DNA of 64,000 nucleotides from Verrucomicrobiota bacterium (GTDB lineage Bacteria; Verrucomicrobiota; Kiritimatiellia; RFP12; UBA1067): NCBI GenBank assembly GCA_023269675.1, contig JAHFSX010000020.1, positions 6,550 to 70,549 of the forward strand, read 5' to 3'. Shown piece by piece: positions 41,562 to 52,500 of this stretch (position 1 is its first letter; each line of letters starts with the position of its first letter). The notes under the pieces were generated by a model. It saw only the letters and a program-made list of their open reading frames with translations, ran no database searches and was not told where the DNA came from. The position numbers and the translations under genes were made by a program.

Positions 41562-44500
41562 ATGAAGCGTTTGTGTCTGGTCATCGGTCTGTTGGCGGCC
41601 GCGCGCACGTGGGGCTTTGACCCGGTGGTGCAGTCGGCTCGCGAGGTGCCGGTGATCCGTGACGCGGACGTGGTGGTGGTCGGGGGCGGCAGCGCGGCGG
41701 TGGCCGCGGCCCTGGCCGCCAGGGCCGGCGGGGCCAGCGTCTTCCTCGTCGCGCCGCGCACCTATCTGGGCGACGATCTGGCCGCCACGCGCGAGCTCTG
41801 GCCAACGCCGGTGCCGGAGTTCGTCAGCCAGCCGCTCGCGCAACAGATCTTCGCGCTGAAAGTGCCCTTCTCCTATACCGCCAGCGTCGCGCCCGACGCC
41901 GCCCATCCCGACGCCGACGGCACGCGGCTGACCGACGGCGTGAGGTACGACGCGGCGGGCGGCAGCGTGCAGTACAACGCCAACGTCGTCATCACCCTCG
42001 CCTTCGCGGGCACGGGCACGGTGACGCAGCTCGATGTCTATTATTACTACCGTACGACCGCCAATCCGTTCAATACCGCGGTCGCGGGTGTCGAGACCAG
42101 CACGGACGGCGTGAGCTGGCTGGCCGCCGCGGCCACCACGGAGGTCGAGCAGCTGACCTTTGCCGGGGATATGACGTGTGTGGCCCGCGTGACGTTGACC
42201 GGCGGCGTGCGGGCCAAGTTCCTGCGCGTAACCTGCGACCGCGGTGCGGGCGTGTCGCGCCAGCTGTTGGACGAATGCGTGGTTCACAGCAGTCTGGCTG
42301 ACCCGCTCCCCGGCAGCAGCTACAGCACCACCCCGCTGGCGCTCAAGCGGGCGCTGGAGAAAGCGCTGGAGGATGCGGGCGTCCCGTTTCTCGGCGGCAG
42401 TCTGGTGAGCGACGTGCTCAAGGATGTCAACGGCGCTCCCGCCGGCGTGGTGCTGGCCAACCGCAAGGGGCGGCAGGCGGTCACGGCCCGCGTGGTGATC
42501 GACGCGACGGAGAACGCGTGGCCCGCGCGGCAGGCGGGCGCCGTCAAGACCGCCTTTACGCCGGGTGCCTACGCCTTCTCGCGGATCGTGATCGCCGACG
42601 CCACCAACGCGCCGTCGGCGCCGGGGCTCAGCGTTTACGCCTTGCCGGGGCTCGCCTTTCAGGCCGCCGTCACGGGGGTGACCGCGCCGGCCGGCATGCC
42701 GGCCGCCGTCTCGGGCCGCGTCTACCGCTGCACCTTCACGACCAACCTGGTCAGCGGCTCGATGCTGGAGCTGCTGGAAGTCGAGCAGACCGCGCGCGAC
42801 CTGACGTGGGCCAAGACCTGTCTCGACCAGGCAGACCGCGTCACGTGGCTGCCGCCCGACCACCTGGTGGGCGAGGCCGCGGAGCTGACGAATGTCTGGC
42901 CCGGCGCGGCGGCGCTGAATCTGGCCGCGTTCCGTCCGCAGGGGTTGCCGTACCTCTACGTGCTGGGCGTGCGGGCCGACGTGACGCGCCCGCTGGCCCT
43001 GGAGCTGCAGAATCCCGCCCGCCTGATGGCGTTGGGCGAACGCGTGGGCGCGGCGGCGGCGGCGCAAGCGCTGGCGCGCGGCCCGCTTTCCGGCGTGACG
43101 TTGCCCGGCGACACGGGCCTGCTGCCTGGCGCCGAGACGGTGCGTGAGCTGCTGGACGGGCTGCCGCCGGTCAACACGAACGCGCAGGGCGTGGTGGCCG
43201 AAGGCCTCCGCGCCTTGCCGGTGCTGGCCGAGTGCGCGGTGCTGGTGGTCGGCGCGGGCACGGCGGGCGCGCCGGCCGCGATCGCCTCCGGACGCGCGGG
43301 CGCGGATACGGTCGTGATCGAGTTTCTCAACACCATGGGCGGCATTCAGACGGACGGCCGCATCGGCAAATACTACCACGGCAACGCGTGCGGGTTCACC
43401 ACGGCCGAGGTCGACCCCGGCGTGGACGCCACCGGCGCGGTGCTGGCCATGGCCAAGGCGGAGTGGTACCGGCGGGCCTGCCGCGCGGCCGGGGCGCGGG
43501 TGCTGTTCGGCACGCTGGCGGCGGGCGCGGTTGTCGAAGGGGACGCTCTGAAGGGCGTCGTGGTGCTGCTGCCGGACGGTCAGCGCGGCGTGATCCGCGC
43601 GCAGACCGTGGTGGACGCCACGGGCAACGCGGACATCGCGGCGGCGGCGGGAGCGGCCACCGAATTCATCACGGCCGCCGAGCCGTCGGTGCAGGGCGCG
43701 GGGCTGGCGCCGCATCTTATGGGTGCCAGTTACAACAACACCGATGTGGGTTTCGTGGACGTCACCGATGTGGCCGACGTCTTCTTCTTTGCGCGGCGCG
43801 CGCATGCCAGCATGCCCGCCCCCACGTGGGACGCCGGACAGAATCCGGCCAGCCGCGAGCGGCGCCGGCTGGTGGGCGTCGTCACCGTGACGCCCATCGA
43901 TATCCTGAACGGCCGGACCTACCCCGACACCATCGTGCGGCCGAGCAGTAACTTCGATTCGCACGGGTTCACGATCCACGACCTCTTCCTGATCCGCGAT
44001 CCCGGCACGGCGGAACGGATGGCCAACCTGCCGTACCGGGCGCTGCTGCCGCAGCGCGTCGACGGACTGCTCGTGACCGGGCTGGGAATCAGCGCGCACC
44101 GTGACGCCATGCCGCTGCTGCGGATGCAGCCGGATGTCCAGAACCAGGGCTATGCGGCCGGTTACGCGTCCGCCCTGGCGGTGCAGGGCCATGTGACCGT
44201 CCGCCACGTGAATATGGCGGCGCTGCAGGGGCATCTTTTGGAGAAGGGCATCCTGGAGACCGCGGACGTGAATACGCCCGACTCGTTCCCGCTTGCTCCC
44301 GCGGCGATCCAGAAGGCCGTCGACGGGCTCACCAACGCCTATGCCACGCTGCACACGGTGCTGGCCGACACCGATGCGGCGCTGCCGTTGCTGCGCGCCG
44401 CCTACCAGGCGCAGGTCGAACCGGCCCCGCGCCTGATCTACGCGCATGTGCTGGGCATGTTGCGCGATCCGGCCGGTGCTGCGACGCTGGCCTCCGCCGT

Positions 44501-47500
44501 CAGCGCGGGCGCGTGGGACGCCGGCTGGAATTTCAAGGGCATGGGGCAGTACGGACGCTCGGTGAGCGTGATGGACAGCTACATCATCGCCCTGGGGCGC
44601 ACGCTGGATGCGGGCGGCGTCGCGCCGGTGCTCGCCAAGACCGCGCTGCTGAACGGCGGCTCGGAGTTCTCGCACCTGCGCGCCGTCTCTGCCGCGCTGG
44701 AGAACCTGGACGGCGGGTCGTCGATCACGGCCCTCTCCGCGCTGCTCGCGCAGGTGCGCGGCTACGCGCTGACGAACGCGTGGGTGGCGCCGCCGGTGCC
44801 GGGCTACTCCGAGGCGGCGGCCGACGCCGAGCGCACCCGCTGCCTCAAGGAGCTGGCGGTGGCGCGCGCCCTGTTCCGGCTGGGCGATGACGCCGCGGGA
44901 AGCGGCGCGCAGGTGCTGGCGGCCTATGCGCGCGATCCGCGCGAGGTCTACGCCTCGCATGCGCGGCAGGTGCTGGCGGACGGGCCGATGAGCCTCACGG
45001 CGGACGGGACGTGGACCGGGACCGGCCATCCCGCCGACTGGGACAACGCCGCCAACTGGCAGGGCGGGGTGCGTGCGGACGGCGTCGGCGCGGCGGCGTC
45101 GTTCACCAACGCCGTGGCCGGTGCGCAGACGGTCTCTCTTCAAGGGGGCATGAAGAACATTGGCTCGCTGACGTTCGGCGGCGCCGACCGCACGGTCAGC
45201 GACGGCGTGCTGGACATCAGCGGCACGGCGCCGGCGGTGACGGTGGCGGCGGGAAGCCGCGCCACGCTGGCTGCGGATGTGACGGCGCTGCAGGCGCTCG
45301 CCAAGAACGGGGAGGGCGGGCTGGTCTTCGCCGGCGCGGCGACGCTGGGCGGGCTCGACGTGGCGGCGGGCGCCGTCGGCTTCAGCGATCCGGACATCCG
45401 GTTCTCCCAGGCGTACGCGGCGGACCCCGCGCTGCACAACACGGGCGCGGGTGCGGCGGGCGCGATGTCGCTGCGCACCGACTTCCGGGTGAACCGCGCG
45501 GTGACGGTCACCCACCTCGGCGCCTATGACAGCGGGGGCGACGGCTTCGAGAATTTCAAGAAGGTGGCGATCTTCGCGCGCGCCGGCGGGGCGCCCTTGG
45601 CGGCTCTGGCCTTCGCTCTGGCCGAGACCTATCCGCTGCAGAACGGCTACCGCTTCCGGCGGCTGCCCGAGCCGCTGCAGCTCCAGCCCGGCGACTACGC
45701 GGTGGTGACCTTCGGCCTGTTCGGGCAAGACCGTTACATCGAAGCCAACAAGGGCAGCGTCGGGGCGCATGTCGGCACGCTGGGCGACGGGGACGACGCA
45801 TTGACCTTCCTGGCCGGCGCATACTACACGAGCACGGGCGCGCTGACCTTCCCGACGGCCGCGGTGACGCCGCAGTCCGAGTACGCGGTGACGGCCGGCA
45901 GTTTCCTTTACGCGACCGGCGCGGCCGTCAAGAGCGTCACGGGCGCGGTGACGCTGCCCGCCGCCTCGACGCTGGACGTGGCCGCGCTGGACGTGCGGCT
46001 GACCGGCGGGCTGCTGCCGGGCGCGGGCGGGTTCGGAGTCCTTACGAACGCTTCGGCCGCGCATCCGGTGACGCTCACGCTCGGCGTGCCGGCCGGCCAG
46101 ACGAATCAGGTGGCGGCCGGCCGGATCGGCGACCGCGCCGACGGGCCGCTGACCCTGGTCAAGTCCGGACCGGGCATGCTGAAACTCGCGGGCGCGCTGG
46201 GTTTCGGCGGCGGGCTCTCGGTGGGCAACGGGCTGGTCGAGATCGACGCGCTGGCGTCGCTGGGCAGCGGCGACCTTTCCTTCGGCACGGGCGGACAGCT
46301 CGCGCCGCAAACGGGGGGCACGCTCGACCGCATGGTGTATGTCGCGAACCAGAGCGTGGCGAACGACCGCAGCACGCGACTGGTGGTGCCCCCCGGCGCG
46401 ACCGTCACCTTCACCCGCGGCATCGAGATCCCGCGCGCGTACGAGTACGGCGGGTTTGCGGTCCAGCCCTACGACAAAGGCGCGGGCGCGACGCGGGCGG
46501 TTTTCAACGGCGCGTGGCTCGGCTATCTCGATCTGTACCTGCTGGGCGACGGTCCGCAGGGCGCGGGCGCGACCGAACACCTCTGGACCTTCGTGCGTGG
46601 AGGCATACGCAAACTGGCTTCGGGACACGAGACGCGCATCGCCAGCCGGATCGTGTTCGGCACCGGGTGCGATTTTTCCGCCAACTGGTTCGATGTCGCG
46701 GGCTCCAACGCCTGGGTCTCGGTCACGAACGACGCGGTGATCCGTGCCTCGGGCGAGGTGCGCTTCGTGGACGGCAACGCCAGCCAGCTTTCGCTGGACG
46801 GCGGCATCCTGCGCGCAGGCGTGATCGGCGTATCCGACGGCAGCAACCATCACCTCAGTCTCCGTCCGGTGCTCTTCAACGGCACGGTCATCCAGACGAC
46901 GCGCAGCACCGACCTCTTCTTTAACCTCTCCGAGGCTTCGGCCGCGCCCCTGATCCGCAACGGCGGCGCGATCTTCGACACGCAGGGGTACGATGTGGCG
47001 ATCCGCGGCAAGGGTTTCGCGCAGGAGCCGGGCTCGGCCGGAACTTTCGTGAAGCAGGGCGAGGGCACGCTGAAAATCGCGGCCCCGATGACTTACACCG
47101 GCGCGACACTTGTCTCCAACGGCACGCTGCGGTTGGATTTCGCCTTGTGGAGTGGCACCAACGCGGCTGAGAACCTGCTGTCTCCGGAGGCGGTGGTGAG
47201 GCTCGCGGGAGGCACGACGCTGGAGGTTTTGGGCGGCACCAACGCGTCGGGCGCGGTGATCCACCGGCAGATGCTGGGGCGGCTCGTCAACGCGGACGAC
47301 ACGGCCGTGACGGTGCGCGTGGCGCAGGCCGATCTGGCTGTCAACGCGCTGCAGGGCGCGTTCGTCAAAACCGGTCCGGGCACGCTCGCGCTCGCCTGCG
47401 GCGCGGACGGAAGGGCCGCGCTCGACGGCGCGCTGACCGTGCAGGAAGGACTCTTCGCTGTGCGTGGAGCGCGTGCCAATGTGACGGTCGCCGTCCCGTA

Positions 47501-48242
47501 TCCCGGATTCGAGTCGACGCCGCTGCTGGCCAACGCAGCCACGCCGCCTTCGACGGTCATGGATGCCCGCGGGACGGCAGCCACCAACTGTCCCGGATGG
47601 ACGTTCACCGCCACGTCGGGCAACAGTCAGTCGGGATACCAGCGCAACAACAGCTACTTCTCAACAACGGCGGCCGCCCAAACCACGGGTGGCGTGCAGA
47701 CGGCCTTTGTGCGGCTGAGCGGTTCGATGCAGTCGGCGCTCGTGTTTCCGACTAACGGGGTCTATACGCTGACGTACCGTTACTGCTCTCGTTTCTACGT
47801 CAGCTGGTTCACGAACCAGATTGTGCGGATGCGGCTGGACGGCCTGCTCCAGGACGAGACGGTTGCGAACAGCCGCGTGTTTGTGGAGCGCACGGTGCCG
47901 CTCGGGCATGTCGCGGCTGGAACGCACGTCCTGCGCGTCGAAGGGGCCGGCGGCTTTGCGGGCGAGGCCGATCCCTGCACGCTCATCGACGACGTGCGGA
48001 TCAGCGGCGTTTCCGATGGGGGCGGCGCAGGGGCCTTGTCCAGCGACGCGTCGTCTCTGACGATCGCGGGCGGCGCGCAGATGAGCTTGGACTACACCGG
48101 CGCGTTCACGGTCGGCGCGCTGGTGATCAACGGGGAACGCTACAGCGGCGGTTCTTACGGGGCGGCGACCCACCCGGCGGTCTTCACGGGCATCGGTCTG
48201 ATCCGCGCCAAATCCGGCGGCACGCGCCTCCTGCTGCGTTGA
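41562..48242 (+). CDS. Giant secreted protein: two FAD-dependent-oxidoreductase-like modules, a discoidin-like insert, and autotransporter-associated beta-strand repeats
   Basis: VVVVGGGSAAVAAALAARAGGASVFLV and VLVVGAGTAGAPAAIASGRAGADTVVIE dinucleotide-binding motifs. GEGTLKIAAPMTYTGATLVSNGTLRL repeats. Confidence 0.85.
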   Translation: MKRLCLVIGLLAAARTWGFDPVVQSAREVPVIRDADVVVVGGGSAAVAAALAARAGGASVFLVAPRTYLGDDLAATRELWPTPVPEFVSQPLAQQIFALKVPFSYTASVAPDAAHPDADGTRLTDGVRYDAAGGSVQYNANVVITLAFAGTGTVTQLDVYYYYRTTANPFNTAVAGVETSTDGVSWLAAAATTEVEQLTFAGDMTCVARVTLTGGVRAKFLRVTCDRGAGVSRQLLDECVVHSSLADPLPGSSYSTTPLALKRALEKALEDAGVPFLGGSLVSDVLKDVNGAPAGVVLANRKGRQAVTARVVIDATENAWPARQAGAVKTAFTPGAYAFSRIVIADATNAPSAPGLSVYALPGLAFQAAVTGVTAPAGMPAAVSGRVYRCTFTTNLVSGSMLELLEVEQTARDLTWAKTCLDQADRVTWLPPDHLVGEAAELTNVWPGAAALNLAAFRPQGLPYLYVLGVRADVTRPLALELQNPARLMALGERVGAAAAAQALARGPLSGVTLPGDTGLLPGAETVRELLDGLPPVNTNAQGVVAEGLRALPVLAECAVLVVGAGTAGAPAAIASGRAGADTVVIEFLNTMGGIQTDGRIGKYYHGNACGFTTAEVDPGVDATGAVLAMAKAEWYRRACRAAGARVLFGTLAAGAVVEGDALKGVVVLLPDGQRGVIRAQTVVDATGNADIAAAAGAATEFITAAEPSVQGAGLAPHLMGASYNNTDVGFVDVTDVADVFFFARRAHASMPAPTWDAGQNPASRERRRLVGVVTVTPIDILNGRTYPDTIVRPSSNFDSHGFTIHDLFLIRDPGTAERMANLPYRALLPQRVDGLLVTGLGISAHRDAMPLLRMQPDVQNQGYAAGYASALAVQGHVTVRHVNMAALQGHLLEKGILETADVNTPDSFPLAPAAIQKAVDGLTNAYATLHTVLADTDAALPLLRAAYQAQVEPAPRLIYAHVLGMLRDPAGAATLASAVSAGAWDAGWNFKGMGQYGRSVSVMDSYIIALGRTLDAGGVAPVLAKTALLNGGSEFSHLRAVSAALENLDGGSSITALSALLAQVRGYALTNAWVAPPVPGYSEAAADAERTRCLKELAVARALFRLGDDAAGSGAQVLAAYARDPREVYASHARQVLADGPMSLTADGTWTGTGHPADWDNAANWQGGVRADGVGAAASFTNAVAGAQTVSLQGGMKNIGSLTFGGADRTVSDGVLDISGTAPAVTVAAGSRATLAADVTALQALAKNGEGGLVFAGAATLGGLDVAAGAVGFSDPDIRFSQAYAADPALHNTGAGAAGAMSLRTDFRVNRAVTVTHLGAYDSGGDGFENFKKVAIFARAGGAPLAALAFALAETYPLQNGYRFRRLPEPLQLQPGDYAVVTFGLFGQDRYIEANKGSVGAHVGTLGDGDDALTFLAGAYYTSTGALTFPTAAVTPQSEYAVTAGSFLYATGAAVKSVTGAVTLPAASTLDVAALDVRLTGGLLPGAGGFGVLTNASAAHPVTLTLGVPAGQTNQVAAGRIGDRADGPLTLVKSGPGMLKLAGALGFGGGLSVGNGLVEIDALASLGSGDLSFGTGGQLAPQTGGTLDRMVYVANQSVANDRSTRLVVPPGATVTFTRGIEIPRAYEYGGFAVQPYDKGAGATRAVFNGAWLGYLDLYLLGDGPQGAGATEHLWTFVRGGIRKLASGHETRIASRIVFGTGCDFSANWFDVAGSNAWVSVTNDAVIRASGEVRFVDGNASQLSLDGGILRAGVIGVSDGSNHHLSLRPVLFNGTVIQTTRSTDLFFNLSEASAAPLIRNGGAIFDTQGYDVAIRGKGFAQEPGSAGTFVKQGEGTLKIAAPMTYTGATLVSNGTLRLDFALWSGTNAAENLLSPEAVVRLAGGTTLEVLGGTNASGAVIHRQMLGRLVNADDTAVTVRVAQADLAVNALQGAFVKTGPGTLALACGADGRAALDGALTVQEGLFAVRGARANVTVAVPYPGFESTPLLANAATPPSTVMDARGTAATNCPGWTFTATSGNSQSGYQRNNSYFSTTAAAQTTGGVQTAFVRLSGSMQSALVFPTNGVYTLTYRYCSRFYVSWFTNQIVRMRLDGLLQDETVANSRVFVERTVPLGHVAAGTHVLRVEGAGGFAGEADPCTLIDDVRISGVSDGGGAGALSSDASSLTIAGGAQMSLDYTGAFTVGALVINGERYSGGSYGAATHPAVFTGIGLIRAKSGGTRLLLR

Positions 48243-48696
48243 AGCCGGCCTTGCGAAGGCGCCCGGTCGCCGGCGACTCACCGCGTCACCGTCCCTGTTG
48301 AACGGGTTGATGATGTGTTCATGCTCATGCGGTTCCATGTAGGGTATCACCTTATATATCGATTTTTCTTTAAGCCGTATACTGGACGCCATGAAAGCCT
48401 TATTAGAGTTGGCTGACCGGGTAGGCGGTCTACTCGTGTCTATCACCCTGAGCGGGTCCCACTGGAAGTACGGCATCCAGTTGCCCAGCTGCTTGATACC
48501 CGTTGTTCCGCAACCCTACATCGTCCACAGGATCGAGAACAAGGTCATTCTGCTTCTGGAGATTCCGCCCGCCGCATAGGTGCCGGGAGGTCGGCCCGGT
48601 CCTGCTTTGTTCGCGGCGCTGCGGTGCCGCGTTCAGTCTCCGTGTAGGGTGCGCATTGCGAAGCGTGTTACCCGCGGACTCCTTGGCGGCCATGCT

Positions 48697-49404
48697 TCAA
48701 ATGTCTTTCTGAAAAGTTCCGGTGTTCAGAAAGTGTCGGGTCTGATTGATAACCTGCCGGTTGTTCATCATGAAGGTGTGCGTGACGTGCAGGCAGATGA
48801 AGTCGCGCATGCCCGCCGTTTTCGCGCGTGCGACGGCGACCTTGCCGTCGTCCCTGGCGGGGATCAAGAGGGAAAGAAGCGGATTGACGCTGCGGTCGCC
48901 CGCGATCACGCCGAGCTCGAAAGCGGGCGGTTTCAATTGTTGCGGTACACTGTCGGGACCGGTCCCGAGTTGGGCCCCCGCCGGGCCGTTGATCCACCGG
49001 TAGAGTTTGAACGCACCCAACTTGTCGACGACCTCGCTGCCGCCGTTCGGCGGGCCGAGCATCACGACCCGGCCGAGGTTGGGGATGGTGTGGTCTTGCA
49101 GATAGGCGCGCAGCAGGATGCCGCCCATGGAGTGGGTGACGAAGTGGACCGTGTCGGCGGATTTCAGTCGGGGGTCAAGCTTGCCGAACAGGTCGGCGGT
49201 CAGTGTGGCGATGTCGGTGCTGCGCGACGGATAATCGCAGGAAATGACTGCGTAACCTTCACGGCGCAGGGCGTCGGCCATGTCGCGCATGGAGCGGCTG
49301 CTGCGGTTCAGGCCGTGCAGCAGGACAACTGTATCGCGGGACCCGGGGGACAGACGTGCGCCGATGTGAGGTGGCGAGGCGGCTGACAGGGCGCAGCACA
49401 GCAT
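48697..49404 (-). CDS. Alpha/beta-fold hydrolase (lipase/esterase-like)
   Basis: Start MLCCALSAAS. VVLLHGLNRS and VTHSMGG (GxSxG). The upstream part of the track ORF is the REP-like element. Confidence 0.8.
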   Translation of the reverse strand: MLCCALSAASPPHIGARLSPGSRDTVVLLHGLNRSSRSMRDMADALRREGYAVISCDYPSRSTDIATLTADLFGKLDPRLKSADTVHFVTHSMGGILLRAYLQDHTIPNLGRVVMLGPPNGGSEVVDKLGAFKLYRWINGPAGAQLGTGPDSVPQQLKPPAFELGVIAGDRSVNPLLSLLIPARDDGKVAVARAKTAGMRDFICLHVTHTFMMNNRQVINQTRHFLNTGTFQKDI

Positions 49405-49450
49405 GGCCCCTGCAATCGGGTGCCGAGTGTGCGTGCGATGCGGAGGGGCC

Positions 49451-49510
49451 CCATGCGCAAGGATGCACATGGCACATTCGGCGATGTGGCACGCCCATCC
49501 TTGGGCGTGC
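49451..49510. repeat. REP-like double-hairpin element, copy A
   Basis: CCATGCGCA-agga-TGCACATGG ...GTG-GCACGCCC-atcctt-GGGCGTGC. Confidence 0.85.
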
Positions 49511-49553
49511 GCGTTCAGGCGGGATGATGCGCTCATGGAAGGTCTCGCTTGGG

Positions 49554-52500
49554 TTACGCGCATTTGGCCTGCTGGACAAAACTGCGGATGGCGCGCAGGT
49601 CGGTCTTGCCCGTGCCGAGCACGGGGATGCCGGGGATCGCGAGAAAGTGGGCGCGGCTCGGGATCCAGAGGTTGGGCAGGCCGCTCCGCTTGAGCGCCTG
49701 GTGCAGAGTATCCGCGCTGCCCGCCTTTGGCGTGAAGCAGACGACGAGATGCTCGCCCTTGGCGTCATCCTCCTCGCTGACGACCGCCACACACGGCTCG
49801 CTCGTGCCGCAGGCCTGTTGCAGCGCCTCTTCGACCGCGCCGTGGGGCACCATTTCGCCGCCGATCTTGCTGAAACGCGTGAGCCGGTCGGTCAGGAACA
49901 GAAAGCCGTCCTCGTCGAGGCGGGCGATGTCGCCGGTGTTGTACCAGCCGTCGCGGAGCACCTCGGCGGTCTTCGCTGGTGCGTTCAGGTAGCCCTGCAT
50001 CACGCTCGGGCCTTTGACCAACAAGAGCCCGGATTCGCCAGCGGGCAGCCGCGCGCCGCTCTCCGGATCAACCACTTGGACTGCGAGGTTCGGCAAGGGG
50101 CGGCCCGCGCTGCCGGGCTTGTGGCCGCGACAGAGCTCGGCGCCGGCCATGCGGTCCGGCAGGCTCAGGGCGACGACCGGCGAGAGTTCGGTGGTGCCGT
50201 AACCTTCGAGCGGGCAGAGCCCGAAGAGGTGCTCGAACTCGTCGGCCAGCGCGGTGTGCAGTTTCTCGCCGCCGGTGAAAACGTGACGCAGGCCCGCGAA
50301 ATCCGGGGCGGTGGCGCGGCGCATGTAGGCCTGCAGCAGGGTGGGCGTGGTGAGCAGCGTGGTGGCGCGCGTATCGCGGATGAGCCGCACCACCTGGGAG
50401 GTCTGCAGCGGGTTGGCGTGGTAGGCGGTCGGGATGCGCGCGAGCAGCGGCCACCACAGCGTGCCGAGATAGCCGAACGAGTGGAAGAGGGGCAGTGTGG
50501 CGCAGAGGGTGTCCTTGCGGCCGAAGCGCGTGAGGGTCTGGAGCGCGTCCAGATTGGAGAGCAGGTTGGCGTGGCTGATCATCACGCCTTTGGGTGTGCC
50601 GGTCGAGCCGGAGGAGAAGATGATGCAGGCCGTATCGGCGGGACGCGGTTCGCCTGCGGGGGCGAACGACCCGGCCGAGCCGAACAGCGCGTGTGCCAAG
50701 GCGCGGACCTGCTCGCTGAACGTGAGGCCCGCGAGCAGGTCATCGAGGTACAGGAAGCCTGCCGGGGTTTCCGGCAAGGATACGGCGCCGGTGAATTTGC
50801 GCGAGGTCACGATGTGCTTCAGCCCGCTCTGCGCGACGGCCGAGCGGAAGGCCTCGGCCGAGACCGTCCAGTTGAGGTTCACGACGGTCTTGCCCTGCAG
50901 CGTGAGCGCGGCGTTCGCGAGCACGCCGGCGACCGATGGCGGCAGCAGGATGCCGACGCGTTGCTCGCCCTTGATGTGCGGGGCGAGCCGGCGGTTGAGG
51001 GCGGCCGCGCCGGCCAGGAGCTGCCCGTAGGTGGCCTTCTGTCCGAGCGTGTCCTGAAGGATGCGGCAGAACCAGAGGCGGCGGGCCTGTTTCAGCAGGC
51101 GGCGGGGCAACGTGTTGCCGGGGCGATGGGCGCGCTCCTCAGCTGTTTGCGCCCCCAGTGCGGCGACGGCCTCGCGGGCCTCATCCGCGCTGACTGACGG
51201 GGGCAGGGGCGCGCCGAAGCGGACGGTCACGGGGTAGGGCAGGCGGTGCGGCCATCGCCAGCCCGGCGCGCCGTAACGGAAGCTGAAGATGCTGCCCCAC
51301 AGGTTGTCCAGATGGACGGGAATGATGGGGCATCCGGTGTTTCTAACGACCTTCTCGAAGCCTTTGTGGAAGGTCTGTATCGTGCCGGTCCGGGTGAGCT
51401 CGCCCTCGGGGAAGATGCTGATGAGGCTGCCTTGCAGCAGGGCCTCGCGGGCGTCGCCGAGGGACTTGACCAGCATGCGCGGACCGTCGCTGGTGTGGAC
51501 CGGGATCGCGCCGGTCAGTTTGAAGAGCGGGCGGCACCAGCCCCAGCTCTTGAAGATGTCGCGCGACATCAGGTAGCGGATGGGGCGCTGGGTGGCGCTT
51601 TGGATGATGACGGCGTCGGCGTAGGCGATGTGGTTGGAGATCAGCAGCGCGCCGCCTTCGCGGGGCAGGTTCTCGAGGCCGCGCACCTCCACGCGGTAGA
51701 TCAGGCGGGCGAGGCGCGAGACGAGGAAGCGGACCGCGAAGTCCGGCAGGCGGAGCAGCGACCAGGCCGAGGCGAGCGCGCCCAGGGCGCCGGTCAGCAC
51801 CATGCAGAGGCGGCTGTCGACATGCAGTAAGTTGAACATCCCGTAGAAGAGGGCGGAAGCCACAACCATGGCCGCAAAACTCCAGAACTCGATCGCGCCG
51901 AAGATTTCGCCGCGGTTGTGCTCGGGGGCCTGCTCCTGGACATACGCGGTGAGCGGCACGATGCAGAGGCCGGCCGCGATGCCGGAGAGGACCAGCAGCG
52001 CGCCGATGACGAGGTGGCCGTGCGCCAAACCTAAGCCGGTGATGGCGGCCGCGAGCCCGAGCGTGCCGACGGGGATCAGCCCGATCTCGATGGTGTGTTT
52101 CGAGAGGCGTCCCGTGAGCAGCGCGCCGAGCGCGATGCCGGCCGCCACCAGAAGGAAGAGAAAGCCGCTCGACTCGACCGAGAGCGCGGTGATGTCGCGG
52201 GCGTAGACCACCAGGTTCTGCTGGAAGAGCGCGGCGAGGCCGGAGAAGGCGATGGTCCCCAGGGCCGCGCGTTTGAGCCAGACGTGCTGGCCCAGCGAGT
52301 TCAGGGTGCGCACGGCGTCGGGTATGATCCAGAACGAGGTCCGCGCAATCCGGTTGGCCGCCGGGGTCGGCGCGATGCGGAAGGCGCAGAAGAGCCCGAG
52401 GGCCGAGAGCGCGACGCAGCCGACGAGGATGCTGAAGCAGCCCGCGTGCAACGTGGTGACGAACAAAGAGGGCAAGAACAGGCCGAGGATAATGGCCAGG

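Noticed and set aside
41520-47264. 1914-aa minus-strand ORF, and similar long antisense ORFs (31130..33766, 56030..58516, 10689..11573, 13423..14310, 24089..25474, 14544..15905, 15927..17369)
   Set aside because: These are Arg/Pro/Gly/Ala-rich shadow ORFs antisense to well-supported genes. They are typical of high-GC DNA, where stops are rare off-frame, and show no recognisable motifs.
49486-49510. TGGCAC in the REP-like elements as sigma-54 -24 boxes
   Set aside because: GTGGCACGCCCATCCTTGGG has no GC dinucleotide at the required N10 spacing. The element also occurs in both orientations.
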